IMG/VR virus record: IMGVR_UViG_3300018080_006015
Coordinates: 32,001 to 96,000 of that record
DNA length: 64,000 nt
DNA from: a virus
Direction: 5' to 3' (one strand)
The notes under the pieces were generated by a model. The model saw only the letters and a list, made by a program, of their open reading frames with translations. It searched no databases and had not been told where the DNA came from. A program made the position numbers and the translations under genes. Shown piece by piece: positions 9,367-18,844 of this stretch; within the stretch, counting starts at the first letter, position 1; each line of letters opens with the position of its first letter.

Positions 9367-10371
9367 ATGAAAACAGCGTGTATTACAGGGATAACTGGTC
9401 AAACTGGATCTTATTTGGCGGAACTATTATTAAACAAAGGATATAAAGTATATGGTCTTAATAGGAGAACGAGTACATTTAACACCAGTAGAATAGATCA
9501 TATTTATAAAGATCCTCATATATCAAAACAGTTGGAGTTAGTATATGGGGATATGTCTGATTATTCTTCGTTGGCAAGTTTTGTTGGAGATGCAAAGCCT
9601 GATATTTTCTTTAATCTTGCGGCCCAATCTCACGTGAGAGTTAGTTTTGATATTCCTGAATATACGATGGATATAGTTGCTACAGGTGCTTTGAGGTGTT
9701 TAGAGGCCATACGGAAAAATAGTCCAACAACAAGGTTTTTAAATGCCTCAACATCTGAATTGTTTGGAGATCAACCAGCTCCTCAGAATGAAAAAACACC
9801 GTTTAAATCACGATCACCTTATGCGTGTGCTAAATTGGCAGCTCATAGCGTGACGGTTAATTATAGAGAGGCTTATAATTTATTTGCGGTAAATAGCATA
9901 TCATTCAATCATGAATCTCCAAGAAGAACAGAGAATTTTGTTACACGCAAAATAACCAGGGCCGCAACAAGAATATATTTGGGATTACAAGAAAAGTTAT
10001 ACTTAGGTAATTTAGACTCGAAACGAGATTGGTCTGATGCGCGTGATGTTGTTAGGGGAATGTATAAAATTATTACCGCAAATGAACCCGATGATTTTTG
10101 TATAGCAACTGGTGAAACCCGTTCTGTTAAAGAATTTTTAGAAACGGTATTTTCTAAGCTTAATATGGATTGGAAGGATTATGTTGAGTTTGATCCAAGA
10201 TATTTGCGCCCAACAGAAGTTCCTGAACTATGTGGAGACGCATCAAAAATTAAGGAAACACTTGGGTGGCAACCGGAATATTCTTTTGATGATTTGGTAC
10301 AATCCATGATAGATCACGATCTTGATTTGGCATATAAAGAGCGAGTTACCGGGGAGGAAATAAAAATATGA
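9367..10371 (+). CDS. gmd: GDP-mannose 4,6-dehydratase
   Basis: [73 protein letters not shown]; SD AAAGGAG upstream. Confidence 0.97.
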   Translation: MKTACITGITGQTGSYLAELLLNKGYKVYGLNRRTSTFNTSRIDHIYKDPHISKQLELVYGDMSDYSSLASFVGDAKPDIFFNLAAQSHVRVSFDIPEYTMDIVATGALRCLEAIRKNSPTTRFLNASTSELFGDQPAPQNEKTPFKSRSPYACAKLAAHSVTVNYREAYNLFAVNSISFNHESPRRTENFVTRKITRAATRIYLGLQEKLYLGNLDSKRDWSDARDVVRGMYKIITANEPDDFCIATGETRSVKEFLETVFSKLNMDWKDYVEFDPRYLRPTEVPELCGDASKIKETLGWQPEYSFDDLVQSMIDHDLDLAYKERVTGEEIKI

Positions 10372-10586
10372 AAATAAAAATAATTAGTGACGGAACAATA
10401 GAGGGCACAAAAGTCGTCAGCGCTAAAACTGGCGAAGAAATAGAGTCTGTTACTAAAATAGGTTGGATGGCTGAGTCCGGTGAAATATATTCAAGAGCTA
10501 TAATAGAAATAATAAATGTGCCTGTCGAGATAGAATCAGATGCAGAATTACAAATAAACGTTCCAATAAATGTGTCTGGAGAATAG
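10368..10586 (+). CDS. Small hypothetical beta-rich protein
   Basis: ATGA overlap with the gmd stop, SD GGAGG, coherent 72-aa ORF. Confidence 0.7.
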   Translation: MKIKIISDGTIEGTKVVSAKTGEEIESVTKIGWMAESGEIYSRAIIEIINVPVEIESDAELQINVPINVSGE

Positions 10587-10588
10587 AT

Positions 10589-11032
10589 ATGGTAAATCCA
10601 AGCGAAAATATTAACTTATTAGATGTTATTGAAAATCGCGTTATTATGCCTGATGGAAATAGTATAAGCGGAATTAGTTTTTTGGAATTAGAGGTAAGTT
10701 CGGACGAATTATTACCATCATTAATAATAAATGTTATACCAAATAAGGTAGATATTAAGGGTGATGCTACGATAAAGCTTTTAGAATGGTCGGAAAAGGA
10801 TGAAAGATTCGAATTTCGTGGAAAAGAAAAGCAAACTAAAGTACACATATATAATGACAGTTTTAACGCTTCTAAAAGAGTTCCATCGTCTGCTGGTTAT
10901 ATTATAGAGGATATAGATAATGATGAAGTTATAGGGGCGTGTCAAAGAGTTAGAATAGAACAAACCTCTACATCAAAATGGATTGAAATCGAACAAATAG
11001 ATTTGAGTTCTTGTCCAGAGGAGCGAAAATGA
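10589..11032 (+). CDS. Hypothetical protein
   Basis: Tightly packed between neighbours; its stop overlaps the fcl start (ATGA). Confidence 0.7.
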   Translation: MVNPSENINLLDVIENRVIMPDGNSISGISFLELEVSSDELLPSLIINVIPNKVDIKGDATIKLLEWSEKDERFEFRGKEKQTKVHIYNDSFNASKRVPSSAGYIIEDIDNDEVIGACQRVRIEQTSTSKWIEIEQIDLSSCPEERK

Positions 11033-11979
11033 TCAGTGTTTTGTGTACAGGGGCAACTGGGTTTTTAGGAAAGCATGTTCAAGATACCTTTGAGCCATAT
11101 ATTGTAAATAATGATTATTTCGTTGCGTTTTTAGGCTCTAATGGTGGTCGTGGTGATTTGGCAAGTCCGGCGTTGGCTTATGATGTTTTTTCTCGTTATG
11201 AACCAGATGTGGTTGTTCATATGGCTGCTGTTTGTGGTGGTATTTTAGCTAATAAAAATGCCCCCGCTAAATTTCTATCTACCAATTTACAAATGGGTTT
11301 AAACATTTTTGAGCTGGCAGTACAGTTTAAAGTAAAATATGTGTATACGCTTGGTAGCGTGTGTAGTTATCCGAAATATTGTCCAGTACCATTTAAAGAA
11401 GATGATATTTGGAATGGTTATCCAGAAGAAACAAATGCCCCATATGGATTTGCTAAAAAGGGTTTGTTGATGCTGGGTAACACATATCGTGAGCAGTATG
11501 GGGTTAGAGGCGCGCATCTTATACCTGTTAATTTATATGGACCTTATGATCATTTTGATTTAGTAAACAGTCACGTAATTCCCGCTCTTATTAATAAGTT
11601 TACAGATGCAATACAAAATAATAAAGATACGGTATATTGTTGGGGTACCGGGGCTGCGTCTAGAGAATTTTTATATGCAGGAGATGCTGCCAAGGCTATT
11701 GTTCAGGCTGTTACAACAGGGCTTGATACAGAATTGCCAATTAATATTGGAACGGGTGATGAGATAACAATTAAAGATTTGGCATATTTAATTGCTAAAC
11801 TTACAGGATTTGAGGGTAATATAGAGTTTACTGGTGAGGTTTCAGATGGCCAGCCAAAACGCAGATTGGATGTGTCTCGCGCAAAAGAGATTATGGGATT
11901 TGAAGCTAAAACAAAATTATTAGAGGGGTTGGTAAGGACAATCTCTTGGTACCAGGATAATTTGGAGAAAACAAAATGA
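11029..11979 (+). CDS. fcl: GDP-L-fucose synthase (GDP-4-keto-6-deoxymannose epimerase/reductase)
   Basis: TGATGFLG, HMAAVCGGILAN, GSVCSYPK, YGFAKK, PVNLYGPYDHF, SHVIPALI, WGTGAASREFLY, DGQPKRRLD. Confidence 0.95.
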   Translation: MISVLCTGATGFLGKHVQDTFEPYIVNNDYFVAFLGSNGGRGDLASPALAYDVFSRYEPDVVVHMAAVCGGILANKNAPAKFLSTNLQMGLNIFELAVQFKVKYVYTLGSVCSYPKYCPVPFKEDDIWNGYPEETNAPYGFAKKGLLMLGNTYREQYGVRGAHLIPVNLYGPYDHFDLVNSHVIPALINKFTDAIQNNKDTVYCWGTGAASREFLYAGDAAKAIVQAVTTGLDTELPINIGTGDEITIKDLAYLIAKLTGFEGNIEFTGEVSDGQPKRRLDVSRAKEIMGFEAKTKLLEGLVRTISWYQDNLEKTK

Positions 11980-12950
11980 CTAATAATAAAAAGAAAGACA
12001 ACAATAAAAAAACATCAGATTATACACAAAAAGAAAAAGATACTAAACTAGAAGTGGTAGAAGATGTTATGCGCGACCCTGAAAAAATTCAGGAACAAAT
12101 TGAAGCTTTGCAGAAGATTGGTCAGGATTATACTGATGAAATTTTAAGTGGTAAGGTTATTGAAAGTACAGAAGACGTAGTTACACATCCGGTAGAATAT
12201 AAAGATCCGAAAGATTCTAAAAAGCTTGAGCAACCATTAGGCGTAGCAATAGATTTAGCTATTGAAATGCGAAATAAAAATATGTTGGATGATGATGCAT
12301 TTATTAGTCAAATAAAGGAAATAAGAAGATGGGATGATGATTTGATTTCTGGGTTTCGTAATAATATAATGAGTGATGATGCTTTTATAGATAACACTTC
12401 TAATTCCGATGATACTGATGTTGTGCCCCCTGTTAGTTCTAGTAAATTATCTGAGGCCAACGCATTAATGATTGGTTTTGATAAGAAATACGCAATGTCT
12501 AAGGCGAATTATATTTATTCTAGAACAGTAATGAAACAATACGAAAAAGACTTGCGCAGTAAGGGTGAGTTTAGCATGAAAGAACAATATTATAAAGCCA
12601 CTTGTGAGTTTTTGGCGGCAGAGCGTAATTATAAGATTTATGATAAAGTATATAATATTGTTGTAAAAAACTTAGATGAATTGTCGATTAATTTAGAAGA
12701 CGTTACTCTGCTAATAGAGAAAAACAATCAGGATCCTGATTTGTCGCCTGAGACATTATCTGCATTATTTGCACACTTAATGCCAACAGAAGAGCAGTTA
12801 AAAAAAGAAAAAGAGCGTCGTAATAGAGTTGTCGTAACTGATGACTTATTTGTAAGATATGAAAAGGAAAAACAAAAAAGTAAAAAAGCAATAGAAAAAG
12901 ACACTGATGTTTCAAGCGCTTTTAATAAAACATGCTCACAGAAAGAATAA
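11976..12950 (+). CDS. Hypothetical charged, helical protein
   Basis: 324-aa ORF, ATGA-coupled to fcl; no recognisable motif. Confidence 0.7.
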   Translation: MTNNKKKDNNKKTSDYTQKEKDTKLEVVEDVMRDPEKIQEQIEALQKIGQDYTDEILSGKVIESTEDVVTHPVEYKDPKDSKKLEQPLGVAIDLAIEMRNKNMLDDDAFISQIKEIRRWDDDLISGFRNNIMSDDAFIDNTSNSDDTDVVPPVSSSKLSEANALMIGFDKKYAMSKANYIYSRTVMKQYEKDLRSKGEFSMKEQYYKATCEFLAAERNYKIYDKVYNIVVKNLDELSINLEDVTLLIEKNNQDPDLSPETLSALFAHLMPTEEQLKKEKERRNRVVVTDDLFVRYEKEKQKSKKAIEKDTDVSSAFNKTCSQKE

Positions 12951-12953
12951 AAT

Positions 12954-13916
12954 ATGAGTAAAAAGAAAATATTAGTAACAGGATCTTGCGGATTTATATT
13001 TTCAAATTTCGTAAGACATGTCTTATATCATCAAAAAGAGTATGATATTGCCAGTATAGATAAGGTTGTTGCTCCAAATAGCCTTCACAATATTTACGCT
13101 AACAAGGGTCACATTTTTTATGTTGGAGATGTGGCTGATCCTCATTTTATAGATGTTGTATTTCAAATAGAGCGTCCAGATATTGTTGTGCATGGTGCGG
13201 CAGAGACCCATGTAGACAATTCAATTAGTGGTGCGGTTCCTTTTATTAAGTCAAATGTTTTAGGAACTCAAGTTATTGTTGATGCATGTGTCAAATATAA
13301 TGTAGAGCGTTTGATTTATATTTCAACTGACGAAATTTATGGGCAGTTATCTAGTGAGTCAGATAAGGCATGGTCTGAAACTTCTCCACTAGATCCAAGA
13401 AACCCATATTCTGCCTCAAAAGCAGCGGGAGAGCTTATTGTACAAGCTGCAAATAAAACCCATAACTTGCAATATAATATTACAAGATGTTGTAATAATT
13501 TTGGACCACGACAATCTGCAGATAAGTTAATGCCAAAGATAATTAACAACATCATACACGGGGAAAAGGTGCCAATATATGGTCAGGGAAAGCAGTTAAG
13601 AGAGTGGATTCACGTTTTCGATAATTGTGAGGCCATTATGACAATTTTGCGCTCCTCTCCACCAAATGAAATATACAACATATCGTCTGGGTATGAGTTT
13701 TCTAATGTGGAAGTGTTCCAAGAGATTTGTAATGTTATGGAAAAGGGTTATGATTTGTTAAACTTTATTAAAGATCCCAGACCAGGACATGATTTTAGAT
13801 ATTCCGTGGACTCTTCTAAGATAAGAAGTCTGGGGTGGAAACCAAAATTTAGGTTTCGAGAAGGGTTAAAACAGTGTGCGGCCTGGTATATAAATAATCA
13901 GTGGATTTTAAGGTAA
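12954..13916 (+). CDS. rfbB: dTDP-glucose 4,6-dehydratase
   Basis: VTGSCGFIFSNF, HGAAETHVDNSI, ISTDEIYG, PYSASKA, TRCCNNFGPRQ, YGQGKQLREWIHV, RPGHDFRY. Confidence 0.92.
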   Translation: MSKKKILVTGSCGFIFSNFVRHVLYHQKEYDIASIDKVVAPNSLHNIYANKGHIFYVGDVADPHFIDVVFQIERPDIVVHGAAETHVDNSISGAVPFIKSNVLGTQVIVDACVKYNVERLIYISTDEIYGQLSSESDKAWSETSPLDPRNPYSASKAAGELIVQAANKTHNLQYNITRCCNNFGPRQSADKLMPKIINNIIHGEKVPIYGQGKQLREWIHVFDNCEAIMTILRSSPPNEIYNISSGYEFSNVEVFQEICNVMEKGYDLLNFIKDPRPGHDFRYSVDSSKIRSLGWKPKFRFREGLKQCAAWYINNQWILR

Positions 13917-13920
13917 TATT

Positions 13921-13950
13921 GTCAAAATCATTGCATAAAATAACATATAT
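13921..13950 (+). promoter_or_regulatory. Candidate promoter GTCAAA-N17-CATATAT upstream of the tubulin/replication operon
   Basis: gtcaaa-atcattgcataaaataa-catatat; same spacing as the motif at 3840-3811(-). Confidence 0.4.
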
Positions 13951-14007
13951 GTAATGCAAAATGATATAGTGTAAGTTTTTGTAATTATTTAGAAAATAGG
14001 AAGAATC

Positions 14008-15372
14008 ATGTCAGTGAAAACAGATGTAGTTGAAGGTAAAAAAGAAGAAATTATAGATGATATTTCTGAGCATGTAGTTACGTCTGCGCCGGAGGTGGAT
14101 GATGATAAATTACAGGCTTTAAAAGAACAATTTGCATCTAAGAATAAGGAACAGGATAAGATGCCCCCTAGAATATTAGAAGAAAAGACAAGAAGTATAA
14201 AGTTTGGTATAATCGGTAGCGGGCAGGCTGGATCGCGTATTGCTGAAACGTTTCATTCATTGGGTTATGAAGCAATTGCAATAAATACCGCCACACAAGA
14301 TTTAGAGCATATAAACATTCCCCAGTCGAATAAGTTGCTTCTGGATTATGGTCTTGGTGGTGCGAGTAAAGATAGAAGTTTAGGAAATGAGGCGGCAGAA
14401 ACACATAAAGACGCAATTTATGCGTTGATTAAAGATAAGTTAGCTGATACTCAAGTGTATGTATTTTGTACGTCTTTGGGGGGCGGTAGCGGTAGTGGTT
14501 CTGTAAATACCATTATCGATATTTTAGCTTCTATTGGAAATCCTATTGTTGTTATTACTGTATTGCCAATGACCAATGAAGATGCGCAAACAAAAAGTAA
14601 CGCACTTGAGTCTTTGTCAGAGCTTGCTGTTAAAGCTAAAGAAAAAATTATTCATAACCTAATTGTTGCCGACAATGCAAAGATTGAATCAATTTTTAGT
14701 GATGTTGGCCAAATGGATTTTTATAATGTTAGCAATAAGGCTATTGTTGAACCATTAGATGTGTTTAATACGTATTCCTCTCAGCCCTCCTCAATTAAAG
14801 GTTTGGATCCAATGGAATTTTTGAAGGTTTTGATTGATGGCGGTGGTTTGAGTTTATATGGCTGTATGAATGTGGCTAATTATGAGGCAGATACAGCTAT
14901 AGCTGAAGCTATAATTACTAATTTGGATTCAGGATTACTTGCCAGCGGGTTTGATCTAAAACAGACTCGTTATGTTGGGGCCATGGTTTTGGCAAACAAG
15001 GATGTTTGGAATAAAATCCCGAGTTCTAGTATAAATTATGCCATGAGTATGGTGCAAGATACCGCTGGAACTCCACTTGGTGTGTTTAGAGGAATTTATA
15101 CGGCAGATATCGAGGAAGATGTTGTGAAGGTTTATTCGTTTTTTAGTGGTTTAGCACTTCCCGAGCCTCGAATCGAAGAGCTTAAAAAGGAAGTTTCATT
15201 ACATCGAACGACTCTTAAAACAAAAGATGTTTCTAGAGATTTAAAGCTTAATATAGATACTGGCGAAAGTGAAACTGTGTCTGCTGTCGAAAAAATTAAA
15301 CAAAAGATTGAAAAGAAAAAGTCAAAATTTGGTCAGTTTACACAAAAGCTAGTAGATAAACGTAATAAATAA
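14008..15372 (+). CDS. Tubulin/FtsZ-superfamily GTPase (PhuZ/TubZ-like)
   Basis: IIGSGQAGSRIA (T1), AINTA, GLGGASKD, signature LGGGSGSG (T4), VLP, DN, GLDPMEF (T7-like); no dcw neighbours. Confidence 0.88.
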   Translation: MSVKTDVVEGKKEEIIDDISEHVVTSAPEVDDDKLQALKEQFASKNKEQDKMPPRILEEKTRSIKFGIIGSGQAGSRIAETFHSLGYEAIAINTATQDLEHINIPQSNKLLLDYGLGGASKDRSLGNEAAETHKDAIYALIKDKLADTQVYVFCTSLGGGSGSGSVNTIIDILASIGNPIVVITVLPMTNEDAQTKSNALESLSELAVKAKEKIIHNLIVADNAKIESIFSDVGQMDFYNVSNKAIVEPLDVFNTYSSQPSSIKGLDPMEFLKVLIDGGGLSLYGCMNVANYEADTAIAEAIITNLDSGLLASGFDLKQTRYVGAMVLANKDVWNKIPSSSINYAMSMVQDTAGTPLGVFRGIYTADIEEDVVKVYSFFSGLALPEPRIEELKKEVSLHRTTLKTKDVSRDLKLNIDTGESETVSAVEKIKQKIEKKKSKFGQFTQKLVDKRNK

Positions 15373-16847
15373 TGGCTAAAATTGTAGTAAAAGACAATAT
15401 CTGTTACATAAAAGAAGAAACAGATATTAATTTTGTGCGCATATTAGATGATGAATTGTCCTTTAGAGTGCAGGGGGCGGAACATACCCGAGCATATAAA
15501 GGCTATTATGTTGGTGGTCAATTTATTCGATGGGATGGAGTTCATCGTATCTTGTCGAATAATTTAACTTTTCCGTATGGATTATTATCTAGAGTTTGTG
15601 AATTATATGAGCGATATGGTAAAGAGATAACAATTCATGAAGAGGAGCTTGAAAGAACTCCAATAAACTCAATAGAAATACTTGGCGCATTAAAGAGAAT
15701 TAATAAATATCCATATCCATATCAGCTAGAAGTTTTAGATACCGTAAAAGAAAGTTATAATGGCATTATACGTATGGCAACCGGATCAGGAAAGTCGATC
15801 ATTGCCGCTTTAATTACCGCATATTTTGGAAAAAAGTCTGTTATTTACGTTATTGGAAAAGATCTTTTGCATCAAACTAAAAGATTTTTTGACGAAATAT
15901 TTGATGATCCCGTGGGCATTATTGGTGATGGCTTATGCGATATTCATGATATTAATATTGCTAGCATATGGACAGTTGGACAGGCATTAGGGCTTAAAAG
16001 CAACAAAATTATTGATGATGTATCAGATGGTGAAAAGAAACTTGATGAGACGAAATATAAATACATCAGAGATATGATGAAAACAAGCAAGGTGCATATT
16101 TTTGACGAGTGTCATTTGGCCGCTTGTGATACAATACAAGAAATATCAAGAAACATAAATCCCGAAAATGTTTATGGAATGAGTGCATCACCATGGAGAG
16201 ATGATGGGGCTGACCTATTAATTGAATGTGTGTTTGGTGGAAAGATTGTAGATATTTCTGCTTCTTATTTGATAAGAAACGGATATTTAGTTAAACCGAT
16301 AATAAAGTTTTTAGAAGTTCCAAAATATCATGAATCATTAAAGAAAAGCTATCCAACAATCTATAAGCATTATGTAATAGAGAATGATATACGTAATAGA
16401 AAAGTCATAATGGGAGCTATTAAACTTGTCGAGCAAGGATATTCTCCATTAGTGTCATATACTCGCATATCACATGGCAAGAAATTATATAAAGAAATTT
16501 CTAAACATATTCCTTGTGTATTATTAAGTGGTAAAGATTCTTCTGATACTAGAATAAGAGCCAAAGATGATTTAGAGAGTGGTAAAATTAAATGTATTTT
16601 AGCATCAACAATATTTGATATAGGTGTTGATTTGCCTTCTTTATCTGGCTTGGTTATTGCCGGTGGTGGAAAATCATCTGTGAGGTCATTGCAGAGAATT
16701 GGAAGGGTGATCCGAAAATTTCCCGGCAAAACACAATCGGCAATTATTGATTTTTTGGATAATGCGCATTTTTTGAGAAAACATTCTCTTGCTAGAAAGA
16801 AAATTTATTCCATTGAAGATGAATTTCATATTATATGGCCGAAATAA
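15372..16847 (+). CDS. Superfamily 2 DNA helicase (UvsW/XPB-like)
   Basis: Q motif YPYQ, ATGSGKS, DECH, SASP, FDIGVDLP, QRIGRVIR; TAATG overlap with the tubulin stop. Confidence 0.9.
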   Translation: MAKIVVKDNICYIKEETDINFVRILDDELSFRVQGAEHTRAYKGYYVGGQFIRWDGVHRILSNNLTFPYGLLSRVCELYERYGKEITIHEEELERTPINSIEILGALKRINKYPYPYQLEVLDTVKESYNGIIRMATGSGKSIIAALITAYFGKKSVIYVIGKDLLHQTKRFFDEIFDDPVGIIGDGLCDIHDINIASIWTVGQALGLKSNKIIDDVSDGEKKLDETKYKYIRDMMKTSKVHIFDECHLAACDTIQEISRNINPENVYGMSASPWRDDGADLLIECVFGGKIVDISASYLIRNGYLVKPIIKFLEVPKYHESLKKSYPTIYKHYVIENDIRNRKVIMGAIKLVEQGYSPLVSYTRISHGKKLYKEISKHIPCVLLSGKDSSDTRIRAKDDLESGKIKCILASTIFDIGVDLPSLSGLVIAGGGKSSVRSLQRIGRVIRKFPGKTQSAIIDFLDNAHFLRKHSLARKKIYSIEDEFHIIWPK

Positions 16848-16860
16848 CGGAGAAATTATT

Positions 16861-17466
16861 ATGATTGATTTGAACGAACAAAGGCGAGAGGCTATTCGCT
16901 TTCTTTCTAAACCCTGGCAAAGATTTTTTAATAGATTCGAAGAGATAGAATCATTAAAAGTTTCTCAGTGGAAACCAATTCATTTGTTGGGATATTTTGA
17001 TAAGAGATATCGTGAACATTATAATAAAAATTTTGCATATAGTTGTAAAAAGGCACCAATGAAATGTACTGAGATAGTTTTAATTAAAAAGATGTGTGCT
17101 ATGTTGGCTACCACGAATATGAGAACTGTCAAAGATTATATTGATTGGGTTTTTGATTGTAAAATTATTCCGCAAAAAATGAAAATAAGAACTTTAGCTT
17201 TTTTTGGTACTCCAGGGTTGGGGAATGAATTCTATGAATATAAATCTGAGCATGATAAAATAAAGCGTACGACAGATTTACCAAAAAAGTTTAAAGACAT
17301 AGGTAATAAATTGGGTTTTCCAATTAATACTTTTGGTGATTTGGCGTTTGCAAAAATGGCACTTGATAAGTATGATAATGATGAGATTCGTGCTCCATAT
17401 AAGGCGCTTTTTGACCAATTGTATTCGGTTGGATTTGAGTTTGAGATGATAAAGGACTTAAAATGA
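16861..17466 (+). CDS. Hypothetical protein in the replication module
   Basis: About 201 aa, basic and helical; start at ATG 16861 after a GGAG SD. Confidence 0.7.
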   Translation: MIDLNEQRREAIRFLSKPWQRFFNRFEEIESLKVSQWKPIHLLGYFDKRYREHYNKNFAYSCKKAPMKCTEIVLIKKMCAMLATTNMRTVKDYIDWVFDCKIIPQKMKIRTLAFFGTPGLGNEFYEYKSEHDKIKRTTDLPKKFKDIGNKLGFPINTFGDLAFAKMALDKYDNDEIRAPYKALFDQLYSVGFEFEMIKDLK

Positions 17467-17741
17467 TCGATCCTAAGCTGTTTGATGATGATATAGATAT
17501 GTGGGACCAATTTGATTTTGATGACGATGATATAGACATATTAGATAGATTGTTTGAAGAAATGATCGATGAAGATGAAGATGATTCAAATACATCATCA
17601 TCGGCTAGAAAAAAAGTTATACCAAAAGGAAAGTTTAAAGATGGTATGATTTGCGCTAAATGCAAAGAATATTACCCATATGCAGTGCCGAATCAGAATG
17701 ATGGGTCAATGGTATGTTATAAGTGTAGGAATAACCTATGA
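17463..17741 (+). CDS. Acidic protein with C-terminal C4 zinc ribbon
   Basis: Asp-rich N-terminal half; CAKC...CYKC; ATGA-coupled at both ends. Confidence 0.7.
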   Translation: MIDPKLFDDDIDMWDQFDFDDDDIDILDRLFEEMIDEDEDDSNTSSSARKKVIPKGKFKDGMICAKCKEYYPYAVPNQNDGSMVCYKCRNNL

Positions 17742-18127
17742 ATTCTATTATAGGAAAAAAGGCTAGAATAACATTTCAAAATGGAACTACAGCAGAGGGT
17801 GTTATTATTGATTGGTCGGATGAACAGTCAATATTGAAGTCCGAAGGTGGCGAAGATTTGTTGATAATAAATAATACACGAAATAATGTTGTGTTTATTC
17901 ATGTGTTCTTTGATAGTCATAATGTGTTTGGCGTCGATGGGGTTATAGAGCCAGATCCTCCTGTATTAGATCATAATGAAACAAATTGGTCCAAACGCAC
18001 CAATAAATTATCTCAAGCAAAAGCTAGGCAAGTACAAGATCTTAAAAGACAGGTGGCCATGCATTTAAAGCGTGGTCCTAGGGCAATAACGGGTAATAAT
18101 TATGTCTTTCCGAATTTCCAGAAGTGA
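17738..18127 (+). CDS. Hypothetical protein, possible Sm/LSm-like N-terminal domain
   Basis: IIGKKARITFQNGTTAEGVIIDWSD..SIL pattern resembles Sm1; fold assignment is tentative. Confidence 0.5.
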   Translation: MNSIIGKKARITFQNGTTAEGVIIDWSDEQSILKSEGGEDLLIINNTRNNVVFIHVFFDSHNVFGVDGVIEPDPPVLDHNETNWSKRTNKLSQAKARQVQDLKRQVAMHLKRGPRAITGNNYVFPNFQK

Positions 18128-18833
18128 TTCATTAATAACTATTCCTCAAAGAAAAGTCGTTGAAGCTCTTGGCAACACATTAAAAGATTGTCCAACATGT
18201 AGTGAGGCCAACGCGCAGCTCGATACGGCTTGTGAAAAATGTAGATTTATCAATACTGCTTTGCAACGATATGCCGCGAGTAATATTCCTATTAGATATT
18301 GGTCTTTAGATATGAACCGAGATTTTAAGGGTAACAAGGCATTATTAGATAAATACAATGAAATTGTTGATGATTTGGAGGGGGCATATAGTCGCGGAAT
18401 TTGTTTGTGTTTTGCAGGCTCACATGGGGTTGGAAAAACACTAATAACAACTAACATTTTAAAAAGAGCGTGCGAAAAAGGTTATAATTGCTTGTATGTT
18501 ACTCTTACAGATATTGTTGAAACAGCAATAGCTAGCCAGTATTCAGATAAAAACATTATTCGCAGAGAATTATTAATGGTTGATTTTTTGGTAATTGATG
18601 AGTTTGATCCTCGATATATGGCAACTGATTCTGCGTCTGATTTGTTTGGAAGAACTTTAGAAAATATATTTCGCACAAGATCACAGAATTGTTTGCCTGT
18701 TTTTATGTGTACAAATTCTCCAAATGTTATTGATTCTTTTGTGGGTTCGATTAAGCTTAGTATTGAGAGTTTGATGAATTATGTGGACATCGTTCCTGTG
18801 GTTGGTTCGGATTTTAGAAAGCATATGAAGTAA
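18102..18833 (+). CDS. DnaC/IstB-like AAA+ helicase loader with N-terminal Zn-binding Cys cluster
   Basis: CPTC...CEKC, NIPIRY, Walker A GSHGVGKT, Walker B LVIDEF, R..N.LP...CTN; directly upstream of DnaB. Confidence 0.85.
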   Translation: MSFRISRSDSLITIPQRKVVEALGNTLKDCPTCSEANAQLDTACEKCRFINTALQRYAASNIPIRYWSLDMNRDFKGNKALLDKYNEIVDDLEGAYSRGICLCFAGSHGVGKTLITTNILKRACEKGYNCLYVTLTDIVETAIASQYSDKNIIRRELLMVDFLVIDEFDPRYMATDSASDLFGRTLENIFRTRSQNCLPVFMCTNSPNVIDSFVGSIKLSIESLMNYVDIVPVVGSDFRKHMK

Positions 18834-18844
18834 GTATGGTGTAA

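Noticed and set aside
14008-15372. Cellular cell-division ftsZ
   Set aside because: No ftsA/ftsQ/mur neighbours, a divergent T7 loop, no FtsZ C-terminal core peptide, and a phage-like neighbourhood.
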